This document shows positions 1 to 13,548 of a stretch of DNA of 64,000 nt, in pieces. The notes beneath the pieces are model-generated. The model was given only the letters and a program-made list of their open reading frames with translations. It did not search any database and was not told the origin of the DNA. The stretch comes from Eledone cirrhosa (taxonomy: Eukaryota), in NCBI GenBank assembly GCA_964016885.1, contig OZ024759.1, forward strand, positions 28,210,001 through 28,274,000. Direction: 5' to 3'. Within the stretch, counting starts at the first letter, position 1. Each line of letters starts with the position of its first letter. Both the position numbers and the translations under genes were made by a program.

Positions 1-15
1 GTGTGTGTGTGTGTA

Positions 16-128
<113 letters not shown>

Positions 129-132
129 GCAC

Positions 133-176
<44 letters not shown>

Positions 177-280
177 GGATATATAGCAAATGGATTACTC
201 TGTTAATATATATATATTTATTTATATATATTTATATATATATACTTATATATATTTATATATATGTATATATATATGTA

Positions 281-352
<72 letters not shown>

Positions 353-451
353 TCTATGTATATATATATGTATATATATATATATATATATATACATATA
401 TCTATGTATATATATATGTATATATATATGTATATATATGTATATATACAT

Positions 452-511
<60 letters not shown>

Positions 512-769
512 AGAGAGAGTGGGGGGGGGGCCTGCAGTGCTGAAACCGGAGACAACCTTAATCATGGGACCACTCAATGCATGGGAGATAGTGAGTGGAC
601 ATAGGGATAGGTAAAATCACGGGTGCAGCGACAAGCCGAGACCCCTTGGCGGCGAGGTCGGAGGTTTACCTCTCTCTCCCTCTCTCTCACTCTCTCTCTC
701 AACTTCTCTCTCGTTCTCTCTCTCTTTCTTTACTTCTCTATCTCTCTCCTTCTCTCTCTCACTCTCTCC

Positions 770-874
<105 letters not shown>

Positions 875-1228
875 TGTATATATAGTGTATTTTGCAATAC
901 ATTGTATGCTTAATTAAAAGCATTTTGAAGGCCTTACGCTATTGTTTTAAAGTAGCGACAGTAGGGGAGATAAGCTGACAGTAGGGGAGATAAGCTCTGT
1001 TTCGTACTTGTTGGTACCTTCCAAAGCTCACCACTCACCATATATATATATATATATATATATATAATGTCCGTAGCTGAGGTACGAACGTCTAACTTCC
1101 CTGCCTTTACATTCATTTGGGAATCATCTCTACACATAAAATTAAAAATACAGTTATGTGTACAGTTCTATCAGCAAGGAATTAGTGTATGTATGTGTAT
1201 ATATACACAACAAATACGATCTCTACTA

Positions 1229-1279
<51 letters not shown>

Positions 1280-1505
1280 TGAGGTAATAATATAATAAAT
1301 AATAATAATAATAATTATTATATATTTTATTATATATATATATGTATGTATGTATCTATGTATGTATGTATGTATGTATGTGTGTGTGTACATATGCGTC
1401 TTAGTATGCAATGATGTCTACAGTTCTGTTAGCAAGGATTTAGTGTACGTAAATGTATATATACACAACTAAGACGATATGTACTAGTATATATCTATAC
1501 ATATG

Positions 1506-1541
<36 letters not shown>

Positions 1542-2086
1542 CAGTGATGTGTACAGTTCTGTTAGCTGTAAACTAATGCTCTCACAGCAGTAACGCTGTC
1601 GTCATCACTCGCTCCACATTTCAATAACTCATCATTTGGATATTGTTGACTGAATATAAGAGCTCTGATGATAACAAGACAAAGTTATTAAACTAATTGC
1701 TTTCATCTCAATTGTAATGACTTTAACTATCAGCTTAAATCACTTCATGAATATTAATTAAGTATTGATACATAATTACGGCTGCTTTGTACTCCCAATA
1801 GATATTGCCGTGGTTTTGTTCTACACTACAACACCAACAGCATTTTAACTTTCAAATATTGAGGCCACATTTAAATATTCACCTTGTTTGACCAATCGTT
1901 TTGCTGTTATACTTGTTGTTGTTGTTGTATATAAGAGTTACGGCCATTTACGTTCCCAGCCCAAATCCCACCTAGATTAGTTTTACTATCCACACTTCCG
2001 GGCTCGATAAAATAAAGTAACACTAATGAAGTGGGATTGACTTGCCATTTCCCTCCAAAATTGGTGGCGTTGTGTGCGAAATATGA

Positions 2087-2272
2087 AATAATTGTTTCTA
2101 CTTTAGGCACAAGGCCAGCAATCACCCAGTGCATTACTGGTACTTTATTTTATCGACCCCGTAAGGATGAAAGGCAAAGTCAACCTCGGCGGGATTTGAA
2201 CTCAGATCGTAAAGGGACGTAACTATGCTGGAAAGCATGGCGTCCGACCCTCTACCGATACTGCCAATCCAA
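2087..2272 (-). mobile_element. tRNA-derived SINE (family 1)
   Basis: Reverse complement of the 13549-13742 type: TGGCAGTATCGG A box, GTTCAAATCC B box, GCCTTTCATCC…GGGGTCGATAAA core. Confidence 0.85.
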
Positions 2273-2651
2273 ATATGAAATAATGAATGCGCGTATATAT
2301 ATATATATATATATATAAAAATCAATCAATCAATCAACGGTAGGGCCTAGACCGTATGAAGAACTCAATGTAATCCGTATATAGATGTCGTGAATGATAT
2401 AATTCATTGGATACTGAGTCAAAAAATAGAAATATTAAAACAAAGAAATTAAACACAAAACGGTTAATTCATAGTAACACCCATTATTTTACGTTTCTGT
2501 GGGGGGTAGTTCCCCGTATGTCCATTCAATTATTGATCTATGTAAAATATTACAAAATATCATACTAAGAAAATATACATACGTCTTCACTACTAGAAAT
2601 ATATATATATATATATTATATACTACTACTAGAAATATATATATATATATA

Positions 2652-2988
2652 TTAGAAAGTGAGGTTTTTTTTACAAAATGAAAAATAACCGAGGTGTCCT
2701 ACACGAGTGGAAGTATAAAGAAAAAGGGATGAAATCGAAAATGCAACTGAAGTCTTATTTTTTTTAAAAATATATATATTTATTTGGTTCCTTTACCGGT
2801 TTCGCAGTTCTTCTGCTTTTCAAAAGGTGAGTTGAGATGGAGGGTCTGTGAGAAAAACCACAGACCCTCCATCTCAACTCACCTTTTGAAAAGCAGAAGA
2901 ACTGCGAAACCGGTAAAGGAACCAAATAAATATATATATTTTTTAAAAAAATAAGACTTCAGTTGCATTTTCGATTTCATCCCTTTTT

Positions 2989-2995
<7 letters not shown>
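2652..2995. mobile_element. Fold-back PLE pLTR-like insert, family A (~137-bp arms 2714-2850 / 2859-2995, 8-nt spacer) in (TA)n
   Basis: Arms are reverse complements (…GAGATGGAGGGTCTGTG agaaaaac CACAGACCCTCCATCTC…). The same family recurs at 21169-21515 and 40270-40360. Confidence 0.8.
2882..2919 (+). ncRNA. Minimal hammerhead ribozyme, U3-A8 core variant (family A); mirror copy at 2790-2827 (-)
   Basis: CCTT-TTGAAAA-GCAG(aagaa)CTGC-GAAA-CCGG-TA-AAGG: stems I and II pair, stem III is palindromic, core has C3U plus G8A. Confidence 0.75.
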
Positions 2996-3036
<41 letters not shown>

Positions 3037-3064
3037 GCATTCATTATTCCTATTCATTATTCCA

Positions 3065-3210
3065 TTTGGACAGTCGGCTTCCTGATGATTTCTCCCGAAT
3101 GAAACAGTTCTAGTCCAGTAGCAACATTTTCTATATTAAATATTTATACTCTGCTTCGTATTGAGTACCTTACTTACTGTGGTTGCCCCCGATTGAACCC
3201 GGAATAAACT
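3065..3210 (+). mobile_element. PLE pLTR-like fragment, family B, with HHR core at 3082-3115
   Basis: CTGATGA-tTTC(tccc)GAAt-GAAA-cagttctaGTC. Homologous to 31504-31640 and 48955-48995. Confidence 0.65.
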
Positions 3211-3354
3211 TATATATATATTAAAAGATTCGGCTGAGCTCCCGCCGTTTCGACAGAGCGAGATCCGAACTAAAGCGCCAGTGGGTTAAAATCTACCTGG
3301 TTTTACCAGACCCTATCTGATATATATATATATATATATACGTACGAACATACA

Positions 3355-3592
3355 TACATGGTGGCTGCCAACTCGTTTTCGAGTACGGCCACTACTCTAT
3401 ATCCATGTAGGAGAACCCCTACCGATGCGCTGAACGAGTGGTTTTGTTTTTAGTACTGCAGGATGTCCAAAGTCACCCTCCTCACCAAGAAACCTTGGTG
3501 GGGTTGCCAGTTTAGTCGCCAACGACCCGACCATGGGACATGTTGTACTGGAATACATGTTACCAGTAGCACCAACTGGTGACCTGACATGC
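3355..3592 (-). mobile_element. Short non-autonomous RTE-like retroelement in (CATA)n
   Basis: Near-identical to 12077-12158 joined to 12537-12690. Ends in a (TATG)n tail on the - strand. Confidence 0.55.
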
Positions 3593-3916
3593 ATACATAC
3601 ATACATACATACATACATACATACATACATACATACATACATACATACATACATACATACATACATACATAAAGGTATATGTTCACACGTAGATATATAT
3701 ATTAATTATAGATAAGTTATTCGAGAAAGTTTATTGCTGTTTAGTTTATTTAATTCCCAAAATAAAACTTAATTGATTTATTTGGCTTCAATAATGAATA
3801 TTCATTCGATATCCCTAGAGCCGTTGTCTTCTTTCGATCGCTTCGATTTTCTCTAATCAACACGGATACACACATACACACGCACATGTAATATATATAT
3901 ATATATATATATATAT

Positions 3917-3966
3917 TGTTATACTTTGGGAGGGCCATGTTGCCAATAAACAAATTCAGAAACGAA

Positions 3967-4039
<73 letters not shown>

Positions 4040-4040
4040 G

Positions 4041-4076
<36 letters not shown>

Positions 4077-4121
4077 TTCGTTTCTGAATTTGTTTATTGG
4101 CAACATGGCCCTCCCAAAGTA

Positions 4122-4128
<7 letters not shown>
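3917..4128. mobile_element. Inverted pair (3917-3968 / 4076-4126) of family J around a TA/CA tract
   Basis: GTTATACTTTGGGAGGGCCATGTTGCCAATAAACAAATTCAGAAACG and its exact reverse complement. Family also at 33985-34370 and 63050-63105. Confidence 0.7.
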
Positions 4129-4170
<42 letters not shown>

Positions 4171-4227
4171 ATATATATATATATATATGTATGTATATAT
4201 ATATATGTATGTATATATATATGTATG

Positions 4228-4288
<61 letters not shown>

Positions 4289-4300
4289 GCACACATATGC

Positions 4301-4332
<32 letters not shown>

Positions 4333-4338
<6 letters not shown>

Positions 4339-4520
4339 CTCAGTGGTTAGAGCATTGAGATCACAATCGTAAAGTTGTGAGTTCGAATCTCCTACCGAGA
4401 AATGTGTTGTGTTCTTGAGCAAGACACTTTATTTGACTTTGCTCCAGTTCACTCGGCTTTAGAAATGTGTTGTGACGTCACTGGTGCCAAGCTCTACGTG
4501 CCATTGCCTTTCCCTTGGAC
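4333..4520 (+). mobile_element. tRNA-derived SINE (family 2)
   Basis: A box TAGCTCAGTGG, B box GTTCGAATC, then GTGTTCTTGAGCAAGACACTT core. Related copies at ~12720-13030 (-), 24355-24720 (+) and 42540-42632 (-). Confidence 0.75.
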
Positions 4521-4783
4521 AACATCATATATAGTGTATACATATACTGTACATAGTATATATAATGCATGTATAATGTACATAGTGTATATATATACTG
4601 TACATAGTGTATATATGATGTATATATAGTGTATAATTGAGTTGTGACATCACTGGTGCCAAGCTGTATCTGCCATTGCTTCTCCCTTGGGCAACATCGG
4701 TGACATGAAAAGGGGAAACTGGTATGCAAGCGTGAACCTAATATAACTGTGTAAAAATTGCCTCCTGTATTTTGTTTGTTTCA

Positions 4784-4829
<46 letters not shown>

Positions 4830-5395
4830 AACGGAAAAAATGAAACGAAATTTCATTTCCCACTCTTAGTACGGCTGTTACTTAAATATAAGTATGTATA
4901 CGTACATACATATATGTATGCAGACGTACAATAGTATGTATATATATATACATGCACATACATATATATATATGTACGTATGGATTCACCGAACATTTAT
5001 TATAATGCTCGGTGTGTTTGTAAACAAACATCCCGTATTAAGCCGTAGTGTCTAGCAACCACCGTTGCTCGTTTGTTCAACACTGTCAAAGGAACGCTGT
5101 ACTAGTTTCAAGCTTATTAGCTATCGTCAGCAACGTATACCTTCCTGCCAGATGATTGAACGTGTAATAAGCTTGAAACTAGTACAGCGTTCCTTTGTCA
5201 GTGTTGAACAAAAGAGCAACGATGGTTGCTAGACACTACGGCTTAATACGGGATGTTTGTTTACAAACACACCGAGCATTATAATAAATGTTCGGTGAAT
5301 CCATACGTACATATATATATGTGTGCATGTATGTATATATATATATATACATACTATTGTACGTCTGTATACATATATGTATGTACGTATACATA

Positions 5396-5403
<8 letters not shown>
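4830..5403. mobile_element. Fold-back PLE pLTR-like insert, family D (arms ~4887-5119 / 5165-5403)
   Basis: ~235-bp inverted arms with few mismatches, flanked by (TA)n. Confidence 0.8.
5094..5136 (-). ncRNA. Minimal hammerhead ribozyme (family D)
   Basis: Minus strand: ACGTTG-CTGACGA-tAGCT(aata)AGCTt-GAAA-CTAG-TA-CAGCGT. Canonical core, palindromic stem III. Confidence 0.85.
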
Positions 5404-5450
<47 letters not shown>

Positions 5451-5607
5451 TGTGTTAGTTAGTTCAGAGATAACTGCCGAAACAGTATATATATATAGTA
5501 ATAATAATAAATTTGAAGACTAAAATCCAAAGAGGGCTCGATAAGGATAAATATATATCAAATATATAAGAACCGTAGAGCAAATATTTATTAAAATAAC
5601 AGATTAA

Positions 5608-5658
5608 AGTTTCAGAAGATCCCGTTAAGGGTGAAAGCAGCGATTCTTTGCTTAAACT
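5608..5658 (+). ncRNA. Hammerhead-like motif with CAGAAGA core (family E) inside fold-back insert ~5500-5680
   Basis: AGTTT-CAGAAGA-tCCC(gttaa)GGGt-GAAA-GCA(gcgattctt)TGC-TT-AAACT. Other copies at 38315-38360, 48440-48485, 54295-54345 (-) and 54751-54801. Confidence 0.65.
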
Positions 5659-5674
5659 TTAATCTGTTATTTTA

Positions 5675-5725
<51 letters not shown>

Positions 5726-5808
5726 GGAGGTGAGTTTTATTGTAGTACAATAAAGCAATGCAGATATCGGATAAGAAGCACTCTACAGTTTGTGGGACTG
5801 GAGTATGC

Positions 5809-6143
5809 ATAATATAAGATCAAAAGATGGTTAAAGGAGTTCAATATATTTTATTATGCGCATTTCAAAAACAAACATCATCAAACAATAATATTTGTGT
5901 TTTCATCAGATAAAACAGGAGAACATGATATGAAGGCTAAAAAAACACTTGTTGATAGTGCAGTTTTAAATCAACATATGTTGATTTAAAACTGCACTAT
6001 CAACAAGTGTTTTTTTAGCCTTCATATCATGTTCTCCTGTTTTATCTGATGAAAACACAAATATTATTGTTTGATGATGTTTGTTTTTGAAATGCGCATA
6101 ATAAAATATATTGAACTCCTTTAACCATCTTTTGATCTTATAT

Positions 6144-6146
<3 letters not shown>
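5809..6146. repeat. 338-bp spacer-less palindrome (family F fold-back insert), centre 5977/5978
   Basis: …TTTAAATCAACAT|ATGTTGATTTAAA… 169-bp arms with no mismatch seen; the right end runs into (TA)n. Confidence 0.9.
6040..6106 (+). ncRNA. Minimal hammerhead ribozyme (family F); mirror copy at 5849-5915 (-)
   Basis: TTTTAT-CTGATGA-AAAC…GTTTt-GAAA-TGCGCA-TA-ATAAAA. Confidence 0.85.
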
Positions 6147-6204
<58 letters not shown>

Positions 6205-6519
6205 AAGAATAGCATTAAGAAAACTGCTAATATTACATAAATAGTTTATTCATTATAATTATTTCAATGGTTCTCTTATGCAACCCAATATGTAATATAT
6301 GCATTTGTTGTTGGTATGGGAACAGTTTCTACCATGTGTGTATTATTCTGCAGGCAAAACAAATTTTCTTCACATATAAATATATATATAATATATATAT
6401 ATATAATATATATATTCGCGGCCGAACAATTATAACTAGAAATATAGTCAAATCAATATATTCCCGCGTCAATACCTTTCTATTTCTTGGAATGATACAC
6501 CGATAACCGATAATTAGTG

Positions 6520-6598
<79 letters not shown>

Positions 6599-6932
6599 TT
6601 ACATATATGTAGAAACATACATATATAAATATCCACAAACATACATTTATATATTCATCCATACACATAAATACATGCATACACACGCCCCCACACACAC
6701 ATGTATATGCATCTATATATATATACATATATACATACATATATACTCATATATACATGCATATATACACATATATTCGCATATGTATCTATATACATAC
6801 ATATCTATATATGTATATACATATATATATATATATTTATATATGTATATATATATATGTGTGTGTATATATATACACATATATATATACATACATATAT
6901 ATTTACATATATGTATATATATATACACATAT

Positions 6933-6997
<65 letters not shown>

Positions 6998-7116
6998 ATA
7001 TTTCTATTTCGCCCACAACAATACATATATCTACATATATATATATACATATAATTACATATATATGTATACTTACATATATACATACATACATATATAT
7101 ACATTTACATAGAAAC

Positions 7117-7175
<59 letters not shown>

Positions 7176-8299
7176 CATACTAATACATATATAATTGATA
7201 TTCTGATATTCCACACCATGTATCTTATCCTTTCTGTCCCTATAACAAACCTTTCCCTTACCCTTTCCTTTACGTCTTGCCTAAGGCTTCTTGCCAATTC
7301 CAGAAATCATTATCGATAATATTAATATTGATTATATAATGTCTCATATTTCATACAGTTTAAGTGGAAATCTTCATAAAATCTATCTCGTCCCTGGAAT
7401 CTCTTGCACACGGCACGAAAATAATTTGGAGCGACAAATGTTACAAGTGTATTGTCAAACATCACTGGGTTTGTGGCTTAATTTAAGGTGAATGTGAAAC
7501 CTTAGAATGTGACAATTTAGAATAGAGGTTTTGAATGTGGACGTTACCGCTTCCCGTGGGTGTTGAGAAGGTCCAGTGGGCGGTGGGGCCTAAGTGAGTG
7601 GTGGGGTGGTGGCGATAGAGATGATATAATAATATATTAATTATCAAATGATATATATTATATATAAATATAGTAAAATAAAAAAATATATATTTATTTA
7701 TACATAGTATATATTATATTATTTATTATATATAAATTAACGATTTTGGGAAATTGGGGGAGGCGCTGAGGGTATTAAATGGCCGTGAGGGGTGGCGGGG
7801 GCGCCCAAAGTTTGAGACCCTCTGGTTTAGAATGGGAATATTTAGTATTTGAAACCTTAGAAGTGAAGACTTGACGTGCATGTGTAAGCTGAAAAGCATC
7901 AATTTTATATAAGCAGCCTATGAACTTTTCAGCCCACCCTTGTACATATGAGGAAGGATGTGGTCCCGGGAGCCAAGAAGGCTGGAATGCTCCACTTCCA
8001 CAGGCCCCACCACAGACCTATCAGAGAGGGGAGGATGTTTTGTCTCATGTTACTCACTCCTGTATTTCTAACTGGCATTGTCATGTTTTTCTAAAACAAT
8101 TTTAACAATAAAATCACAATTTTGTATTAATTTCTCAATATAAAAATGTCAATAGGAAAATATGAATTCACACAAACAAATATAAAGTGTATTGGTTTGT
8201 GTGTATACATCCATATATATATATATATATATATATTATTTGTGTGTGTGTGTGTTTTGCAACATTAAAGGAATATTTGGAATCCGCCATTCTATTTTC

Positions 8300-8391
<92 letters not shown>

Positions 8392-8393
<2 letters not shown>

Positions 8394-8725
8394 CGAAGGT
8401 GTGGTAAGGAATCAGATGCACCATAACGCACCAGAGTACTCAATACTTATGGTAGTAGTGTGGGTAATAGGAAAAAGCTTAACCCCGATGGCAAAGCTCA
8501 AGCCGTTTCAGCGGCTATTTCTGGACTAAAATATATATGTATATATATATATATATATGCATATATATAACCATCTATATATATATATAGTCCAGAATTA
8601 GCCGTCGAAACGGCTTGAGCTCAGCTGTCGGGGTCTTACTGGTTCCTATTACCCACTCTACTACCTCAAGTATTGAGTACTTTGGTGCGTTATGGTCCAC
8701 CTGGTTCCTTACCACATTTCCTTCG

Positions 8726-8730
<5 letters not shown>
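8392..8730. mobile_element. Inverted pair of family C around a TA tract
   Basis: 8392-8528 is the diverged reverse complement of 8589-8728. Contains GAAA-CGGC…GCTG-TC. Family also at 32280-32475, 43973-44360 and ~3225-3260. Confidence 0.7.
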
Positions 8731-8801
<71 letters not shown>

Positions 8802-8834
8802 TACATGAATCAAAGTTCAGTTTAAATCATTTAT

Positions 8835-8883
8835 TTGCTTACAATTGTTTCCTCCAAACCGAGGTTTGGATTCTTCGGAGCAA
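8835..8883 (-). ncRNA. Minimal hammerhead with CCGAAGA core, in the loop of fold-back 8794-8927
   Basis: Minus strand: TTGCT-CCGAAGA-aTCCAAAC(ctcg)GTTTGGAg-GAAA-CAATTG-TA-AGCAA. Confidence 0.75.
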
Positions 8884-9081
8884 CTAAATGATTTAAACTG
8901 AACTTTGATTCATGTAATTTCTATATAACTGCTCTGTAAAACAACTGATGTTATTACATTGAGCTATTTATCTTACTGGTAATAAGATAGTAATGAATTA
9001 CTGTCTTCCACTATTTAGAGTTTAAATATATATAACCATAAAAGGTTTTATTATATACATAACCATAAATAGTATCCTTAA

Positions 9082-9126
<45 letters not shown>

Positions 9127-9451
9127 AAGAGAAGAGAGAGGAGAGAGAGAGTAGATTTTATGATATTTATATATTATATATTTCAGTATGTTATTTATTG
9201 CAATCTCCTTACACGTCAACCCATTTAATTACCTTTTAATATTCGTTTGATATATTTTTTATGTTCGTATCTGGTTCAATTATATTTGAAAATCTTTAGA
9301 TTTTACTTTGTTCAGAACGTTAATTTCATTGACGACAATTAGGTATTGTGAAACATTTCATTGTATTTTCATGTTCCTTCACACTTTTAATGTCACATTC
9401 CTGGTTTTGATAACACACAAAATTGAAAAAGCGTAATTGCCATCGCATTTA

Positions 9452-10328
9452 GAATAATGATTTCTACTTTAGGAACAAGGCCAGCAATTTGGAGAGAAGG
9501 GGGAAAGTCGATTAAGTCGATCCCAGTGTATTACTGGTGCTTTATTTTATTGACCCCGTAAGGATGAAAGGCAAAGTTAACCTCGATAGGATTTGAACAC
9601 AGAACATTGAAATCGCATTTATAATAATGATTTCGAGTATAGGCACAAGGTCAGCAATTTGGAGGGGAGGGGAAAGTCGATTAAGTCAATCATAGTGTAT
9701 TGCAGTTGCCATATTTTATTGACCTCGTAAGGATGAAAGGCAAAGCTAACCTCGGTGGGATTTCAACCCAGAGCGTAAAGGGCCGTAACTCTATGCTGTA
9801 AAGCATAGCATCCGACCCTCTACTGATGCTGCCAATCCACCACCCTTGAACTCAGGTCAGCAATTTAGGGGGAGGGGGAGTCGATTAAATCAACCTCAGT
9901 GCATTACTGGTGCTTTAATTTATCGACTTCGTAAGGATGAGAAGCAAAGCTAACTTCTGTGGGATTTGAACTCAGTCCGTTCAAATCGAATTTATAATAA
10001 TGGTTTCTGTTGCAGTCGTAAAGCCAACATGGTGTTAGAAAATCGGTAAAATCTATTTAGGGACAGACAATATGTAGTCAGCAGCTACATCAGGGAATCG
10101 AACCTTGTAGATCTTGAATTCCGGCCGAGTGTGTTACGTTTACGACAAAAGGCAGCTGACCATCTCGTCTATAATAATGGTTTCTTATTTAGGCACAAGG
10201 CCAGCAATTTTGGAGAAGGAGAAAATCGATTAAATCGACCCCAGTGCATTACTGGTGCTTTAATTTATCGACCCCGTAAGGATGAAAGGCAAAATTAACC
10301 TCGGCGGGATTTGAACTCAGAACGTAAA

Positions 10329-10330
<2 letters not shown>
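9452..10330 (-). mobile_element. Cluster of four family-1 SINE copies (~9455-9610, 9622-9845, 9855-9975, 10172-10330)
   Basis: Repeated GTAAGGATGAAAGGCAAAG…GGATTTGAAC and AGGCACAAGGCCAGCAAT motifs. Confidence 0.85.
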
Positions 10331-10385
<55 letters not shown>

Positions 10386-10736
10386 TATACATAACACCGG
10401 TTGTCCCCAAAACATGTATACACACTTTGATTACCTGTAATGCTGTTGAAGTGTGTTTACATAAATACATAATCATTTTAAAAGGTATCAATATTTGAAG
10501 TTCTCGTCAAGCTTTAATTAGTTACCTACCTAGCTATGTGTGCCTACATTATTTACACATTATTCCCTGTGATTGTTTCATGTATTTATTTTATATATAT
10601 ATATGTCAATCTATTTCTAGTTGATATATAATGCCCGGATCTAATCTTTGAGCTTATTCTACGGTGGATATGGCGCATGTCTCTCAGGCATGACAACCCT
10701 TAATTTTAATTTTGGATATACATAAATACAAATATA

Positions 10737-10776
<40 letters not shown>

Positions 10777-10816
10777 CGTGCGTGTGAGTATGTTTGTGAT
10801 TGTATGTATATATATG

Positions 10817-11042
<226 letters not shown>

Positions 11043-11047
11043 AATAC

Positions 11048-11084
<37 letters not shown>

Positions 11085-11090
11085 CATACG

Positions 11091-11122
<32 letters not shown>

Positions 11123-11164
11123 TACATATATGTATATATATATATATATATACATATATGTATA

Positions 11165-11238
<74 letters not shown>

Positions 11239-11276
11239 CATACGTATATATATATATACATATATATATACATACG

Positions 11277-11471
<195 letters not shown>

Positions 11472-11956
11472 TTATATATATATATATGTATGTATATATA
11501 TATATATTACTTAATATTAATTATAACACCTTCAATAGATTAGTTTTCTGTTATCTCACTTAAAATTATATTCAAATTTATGTAGAAATATTATTGAAAT
11601 GCACACATGCATACATATATAAACACATACATACTTAGAAACATGCATACATACATAAACACATACATATATAGATACATACATACACACACACATACAT
11701 TCATACAATCATACATACATACATACATACATACATACATACATACATACATACATACATACATACATACATACATAGAAACATAAAAAATTTACATAGG
11801 TGAAACTAAATTTATATGGTATAAATTCATTAAAATTTAAATCTACTTTTATTAAAATGAAATTTATCATACCTTTGAAGGAAATTGACACGGAATTTAA
11901 TTAAATTCTGAGTTTAAAAAATGCTAAGCAATTGATATATGGAATCATGGGGACAT

Positions 11957-12037
<81 letters not shown>

Positions 12038-12076
12038 CAGACATATATACAGACATGCATGCATTCATACATACAT

Positions 12077-12690
12077 GGTGGCTGCCAACTCGTTTTCGAG
12101 TACGGCCACTACTTTATATCCATATAGGAGAACCCCTACCGATGCGCTGAACGAGTGTAACCTTTTAGTCCAGCCAGCGACTTGAAAACTCTGGTACAAA
12201 CACTACACTTGTGACAATTATTGACACATAGTGCTGGGCCCATGGTACCATGTGACGACAAGTGCAGAGAGATCTCCAGATATAAAGCAATGCCTGTGCC
12301 GTGAAGCTTTTATAGTGAGCAAAGGCACTGCACAAAACCAGTCCCACTCTCTTAACCAAGATGATATTTACCAAAAAGAAGAACAAGTCAACATCATTGG
12401 ATACCATCAGAGTTGCAGGTGTTATATCAGAGTTTTCCTTCTCCTAGAATTCTGCCTTGACAAAGGCTAAGGGGTCATCTCTCCCGGTGATTTTGGATGG
12501 CCATTGACTCTTAAGAGCTTCTTTGCCCTTTGACAGGCTTTGTTTTTAGTCCTGCAGGATGTCCAAAGTCACCCTCCTCACCAAGAAACCTTGGTGGGGT
12601 GGTTGCCAGTTTAGTCGCCAACGACCCGACCATGAGTCAGGTTGTACTGGGATACATGTTACCAGTAGCACCAACTGGTCACCTGACATA
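12077..12690 (-). mobile_element. Internally deleted RTE-like element (longer version of 3355-3592)
   Basis: Same ends as 3355-3592 with ~380 bp extra at 12159-12536, flanked by (CATA)n. Confidence 0.55.
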
Positions 12691-13548
12691 ACATACATAC
12701 ATACATACATACATACAGGTACTCCGTCGATTACGACGACGAGTGTTCCAATTGATCCGATCATCGGTACAGCCTGCTCGTGAAATTAACGTGCAAGTGA
12801 CTGAGCATTCCACAGACACGTGTACCCTTAACATAGTTCTCTGGGAGATTCAGTGTGACACAGAACGTGACAAGGCTAACCATTCGAATTACAGCTACAA
12901 CTCATTTTTGCCAGCTGAGTTGACTGGAGCAACGTTAACTAAAGTTTCTTGCTCAAGGACACAACGTACCGCTGGAAAATTGAACTCACAACCGTAAGGT
13001 TGTGAGGCGAATACCCTAACCACAACTCCACGCGTCTTTACATACATACATACATGATGGCTGCAAACTCTAAGAGTGTTGCAATCGCTTGTCAGATTAT
13101 AACAGATCCTGAACAAGGTTTTTTACGTCGGGAAAGGTCTTGCACTCGACCAATCCCACTATCTGAGCATCGAAAACACTACCCGAAAAGGAGAACTGGT
13201 CAACTTCATCGGATGCTTCCGAAGCCGCAGGTTTTTTTTTGGGGGGGGGGGCGGTGTTTCGCTCTCTTAGTAAGGTAAAAAAAAAAAATAAAGTACTATT
13301 TGCATGGCCGTTGACTCTGTTGAGTTCCTCCACCCTTTGCCTGGTCTTGTATTTCATACATACATGCATACTGGGGCAACACATTAAAAATCTCCTCTGA
13401 GTGGAAATTAGCTACCAACGTGATGAAAATGTGGTAAGGAAAGGCAAGAGAAGGAGGGTATGTACTGACCATTGATGTAGAGTTTACTGATCCAGTATCC
13501 ATGATACACGTTTCGCTTGATACTAATCATTATTGATCTTACTGCAAG

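Noticed and set aside
4333-4400. tRNA gene
   Set aside because: A and B boxes are present but there is no proper acceptor stem; it continues into a SINE body repeated elsewhere.
2714-6146. Palindromes as MITE TIRs or assembly artefacts
   Set aside because: Arms are asymmetric in extent, junctions vary between copies, and older examples have diverged arms or a SINE in one arm. An artefact cannot be fully excluded for the perfect 5809-6146 case without reads.
10395-10432. Mariner-like TIR (CCGGTTGTCCCCAAAA…) and a hAT-like end at ~7805-7823
   Set aside because: No partner terminus was found, so an element cannot be delimited.
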